A DNA stretch of 24,155 bases from Octopus sinensis (Eukaryota), in the NCBI RefSeq assembly GCF_006345805.1, contig NW_021836651.1, positions 1 to 24,155 of the forward strand, given 5' to 3'. The stretch's first letter is position 1. Every line of letters begins with the position of its first letter. Below, one piece after another: positions 21,280 through 24,155 of the stretch. Both the position numbers and the translations under genes were made by a program. Below the pieces are notes generated by a model. It was not told where the DNA came from and did no database searches. It was given only the letters and a program-made list of their open reading frames with translations.

Positions 21280-21412
21280 GATTACATCAAGCCCAGTGTT
21301 TCACTGGTACTTAATTTATTGATCCCGAAAGGATGAAAGCAATGTTGACCTCAGTGGAATTGAACTCAGAGCATTGCAGCAAATGAAATATCCTTAAGGA
21401 TTTTTCCCTGTC

Positions 21413-21803
21413 TACTTTACTCTTTTACTTGTTTCAGTCATTTGACTGCGGCCATGCTGGAGCACCATCTTTAGTCGAGCAAATCTTTTGTAAGCCCAGT
21501 ACTTATTCTATCGGACTCTTTGCCGAACCGCTAAGTAACGGGGACGTAAACACACCAGCATCGGTTGTCAAGCAATGCTAGGGGGACAAACACAGACACA
21601 CAAACACACACATGCATATATATATATATATATATATATATCATATATACGACGGGCTTCTTTCAGTTTCCGTCTACCAAATCCACTGACAAGGCTTTGG
21701 TCGGCCCGAGGCTATAGTAGAAGACACTTGCCCAAGGTGCCATGCAGTGGGACTGAACCCGGAACCATGTGGTTGGTAAGCAAGCTACTTACCACACAGC
21801 CAC
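21413..21803 (-). mobile_element. tRNA-derived SINE, family A
   Basis: Reverse complement of family A. Confidence 0.9.
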
Positions 21804-21815
21804 TTGTGTGCCTTC

Positions 21816-21850
<35 letters not shown>

Positions 21851-22252
21851 GACTTAATCAAGGTGGATGGTGCATGCGTACAGTCAAGAACCGTAACACT
21901 ACCAAGCATACTCAATAACCATTAGGCTATTGTCTATATTCTTCATTTTGTTTTTCCATGTCAATTTAAAAAAAAAAAAGCACCTACTTATTGTTTATTC
22001 ATGTGTGCATATGTGTGTGTGTGTGTGTGTGTGTGTTTTTTTGTATGTGTATGTTGGTGAATACATGTGTGTGTGTGTGTGTGTGGATTTATAATTTTAG
22101 TAATATATATGCAAAGTAGAAATGAACAACTCCTGATTTTAAGCATTTATAAATAAAAAAACCCCACCAATCACTGATGCCACATTTACTATTATTATCC
22201 AAATAGATATGTACATTTTTTTTTTCTGTGGGTATTAAATGACTTTGTGCAC

Positions 22253-22306
<54 letters not shown>

Positions 22307-22915
22307 TGTATTTATATATGTATGGTTATGTATAAATGTGTATGCTTAGAAATATGCGAGTGAAATTTGTTTGGAATATATGTGCATACACATATATTCA
22401 TCAGTGTGTGTGTATATGTGTGCCAACTTGAAAGAGAGATGTTAAAAGATGATACACACACACACATGTGTGTGTGTGTGTGTGTGTGTTTGAGTATATA
22501 TTTGTATGTTTATGCACATACATATATCTGTACAAATATAACACACACACACACACACACACATGCATTGCTATTATTTAACTTAAGTAATGAAGTTTTC
22601 ACCACAAATTTTCTGGTTGAAAAAGTTTTTTTTAAGGAAAAAGAACAATAAAAAATCCAAAAATTCAAATTTCATATTTATACTCTAAATGTAAAACAAA
22701 CAAAGGAAATAAATAAAAAAAAAACGTTCTTTTCAGAATGTTTTCTAATTTACACATTTATCTTCAAGATAGAATTCTGTCTTTGAAATAAGAGAAACGG
22801 TGTACTTGTAATTCCTGAGGTGCTCAGACGAACACCTTCTAGCGGACACCATATGAGAAGTACCATTGTTGGTGGCATTAACTCGTATCCAAGTTGTTAA
22901 TCTGCAGTGTGTCAA

Positions 22916-23252
22916 GGCGCATGGCTCAGTGGTTGGAGCATCGAGCTTACGATCGTGAGGTTGTGAGTTCGATTCCCGGACTGGGCTGCATGTTGTGTTC
23001 TTGAGCAAAACACTCTATTTCACGTTGCTCCAGTTTCACTCAGCTGTAGAAATGAGTTGTGATGTCACTGGTGCCAAGCCTGTATCGGATCCTTTTGCCT
23101 TTTTCCCTTGGATAACATCAGTAGTGTGGAGAGGGGAGGCTGGTATGTATCGGCGACTGCTGGCCTTCCACAAACAACCATGCCCGGACATGTGCCTCGG
23201 AGGGTAACTTTCTAGGTGCAATCCCGTGGTCATTCATGACTGAAGGGGGTCT
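22916..23252 (+). mobile_element. tRNA-derived SINE, family D
   Basis: A box TGGCTCAGTGG and B box GTTCGATTCC; homologous to 2253-2697 and 17445-17560. Confidence 0.88.
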
Positions 23253-23455
23253 CCTCCTCCTCCTCCTCCCCTCCCTTCCTCCTCCTTCCCCCCTCCCACT
23301 CCTCCTTCTCATCCTCTCCCCTCCGGTGCTCAACTGGTACTCATTTCATCAACTCCAAAAGATTAAAAGGGAAAAGTTGATCCTGGAGTCATTTGAACTC
23401 AGAATGTCAAGTTGAAATACTGATTCTATTGGCTCACTGCCTTAATAATAATGAT

Positions 23456-23492
<37 letters not shown>

Positions 23493-23493
<1 letters not shown>

Positions 23494-24051
23494 GATGCCC
23501 TGATGCAGTACCAGGCAGTGGCTCTCATGGCTGCTGATCTTAACTGATTGGAAGCGTTATCATGTACATTGTTTTGTCTTGGTATAAAAGATGGGCTACA
23601 GCAAATATTCTGCTCAATACCACAGATTTGCTTGTCAGTTGTTTGACCGTAACCAGTTGATCATGTCCCTTAATGGCTGACGATATGTGCATCTCTGATC
23701 ATGAGCAGAAGTAGTTGGGGATCATCATAGCCATGTATTGAGAGGAATTTTTGGGGGTTTGAATAATTCACCTCTGGAAACATGGGTGTTTCGTTCAACA
23801 TCCTTAAACAACCCTTATTCAGGGACCTTTTGAGCGGGATGGGTTACTCGACCAGAAGAAAATTCTAACTGGGCTCCACCTGCAAGGTCATGTGCTGTTT
23901 ATCTTGATATGAGATCACCATGTCACACGCATATGGTTGTGATGCATGTGCCTGGTGTACCCTTATCAGACGGGTAGTCATGATGGGTATACTGGGCTTC
24001 GTATATTTGTACCCCAGTGTTACTTTGATGGCATACACAGCTCTCTCACTC
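23493..24051 (-). other. Unclassified ~560-bp probable retroposon with a (TTA)n tail
   Basis: GC-richer block with (AAT)n on both sides and the long tract at the minus-strand 3' end; single copy in this window. Confidence 0.35.
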
Positions 24052-24079
24052 AATAATAATGATAGTTTCAAATTTTAAC

Positions 24080-24155
24080 ATAAGGCCACCAATTTCAGGG
24101 GAGGCAAAAAGTTGATTACGTTGACCCCAGTACTCTACTGGTACTTATTTATTGA
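24080..24155 (-). mobile_element. Family B-like SINE fragment, truncated by the window end
   Basis: gattacgttgaccccagtac..actggtacttattttattga. Confidence 0.6.

Noticed and set aside
1678-21820. Recurring peptide PKVPRSGTEPGTMWLVSKLLTTQP
   Set aside because: Antisense translation of the family A SINE head, not a gene family.
23670-23830. CTGACGA (23678) and nearby GAAAC as a further hammerhead
   Set aside because: No stem II leading directly into GAAA and no stem I pairing.

Overview
Repeat-dense, AT-rich animal genomic DNA, very likely non-coding or intronic DNA of an octopus-type cephalopod (inferred from the SINE families and the microsatellite load; not verifiable here). I recognise no intact protein-coding gene, and almost all ORF-track entries are microsatellite or SINE read-throughs. 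The window holds several families of tRNA-derived SINEs (some nested, with target-site duplications), a CR1-type LINE 3' end, Tc1/mariner and hAT MITEs, an unclassified TIR element, Penelope-like (PLE) fragments, a 1.08 kb tandem duplication and a candidate promoter motif. The main discovery is a set of hammerhead-ribozyme (HHR) elements. Two homologous but diverged ~355-nt units (2984-3496 and 5789-6216) are each present as 1.2-1.4 circularly permuted copies. They share covarying secondary structure, and each carries a minus-strand type I hammerhead with a non-canonical core (UUGAUAA or CCGAAGA). This is the signature expected of retrozymes copied from circular RNA. Two separate PLE terminal repeats also carry minimal hammerheads, mostly with a CCGANGA core.
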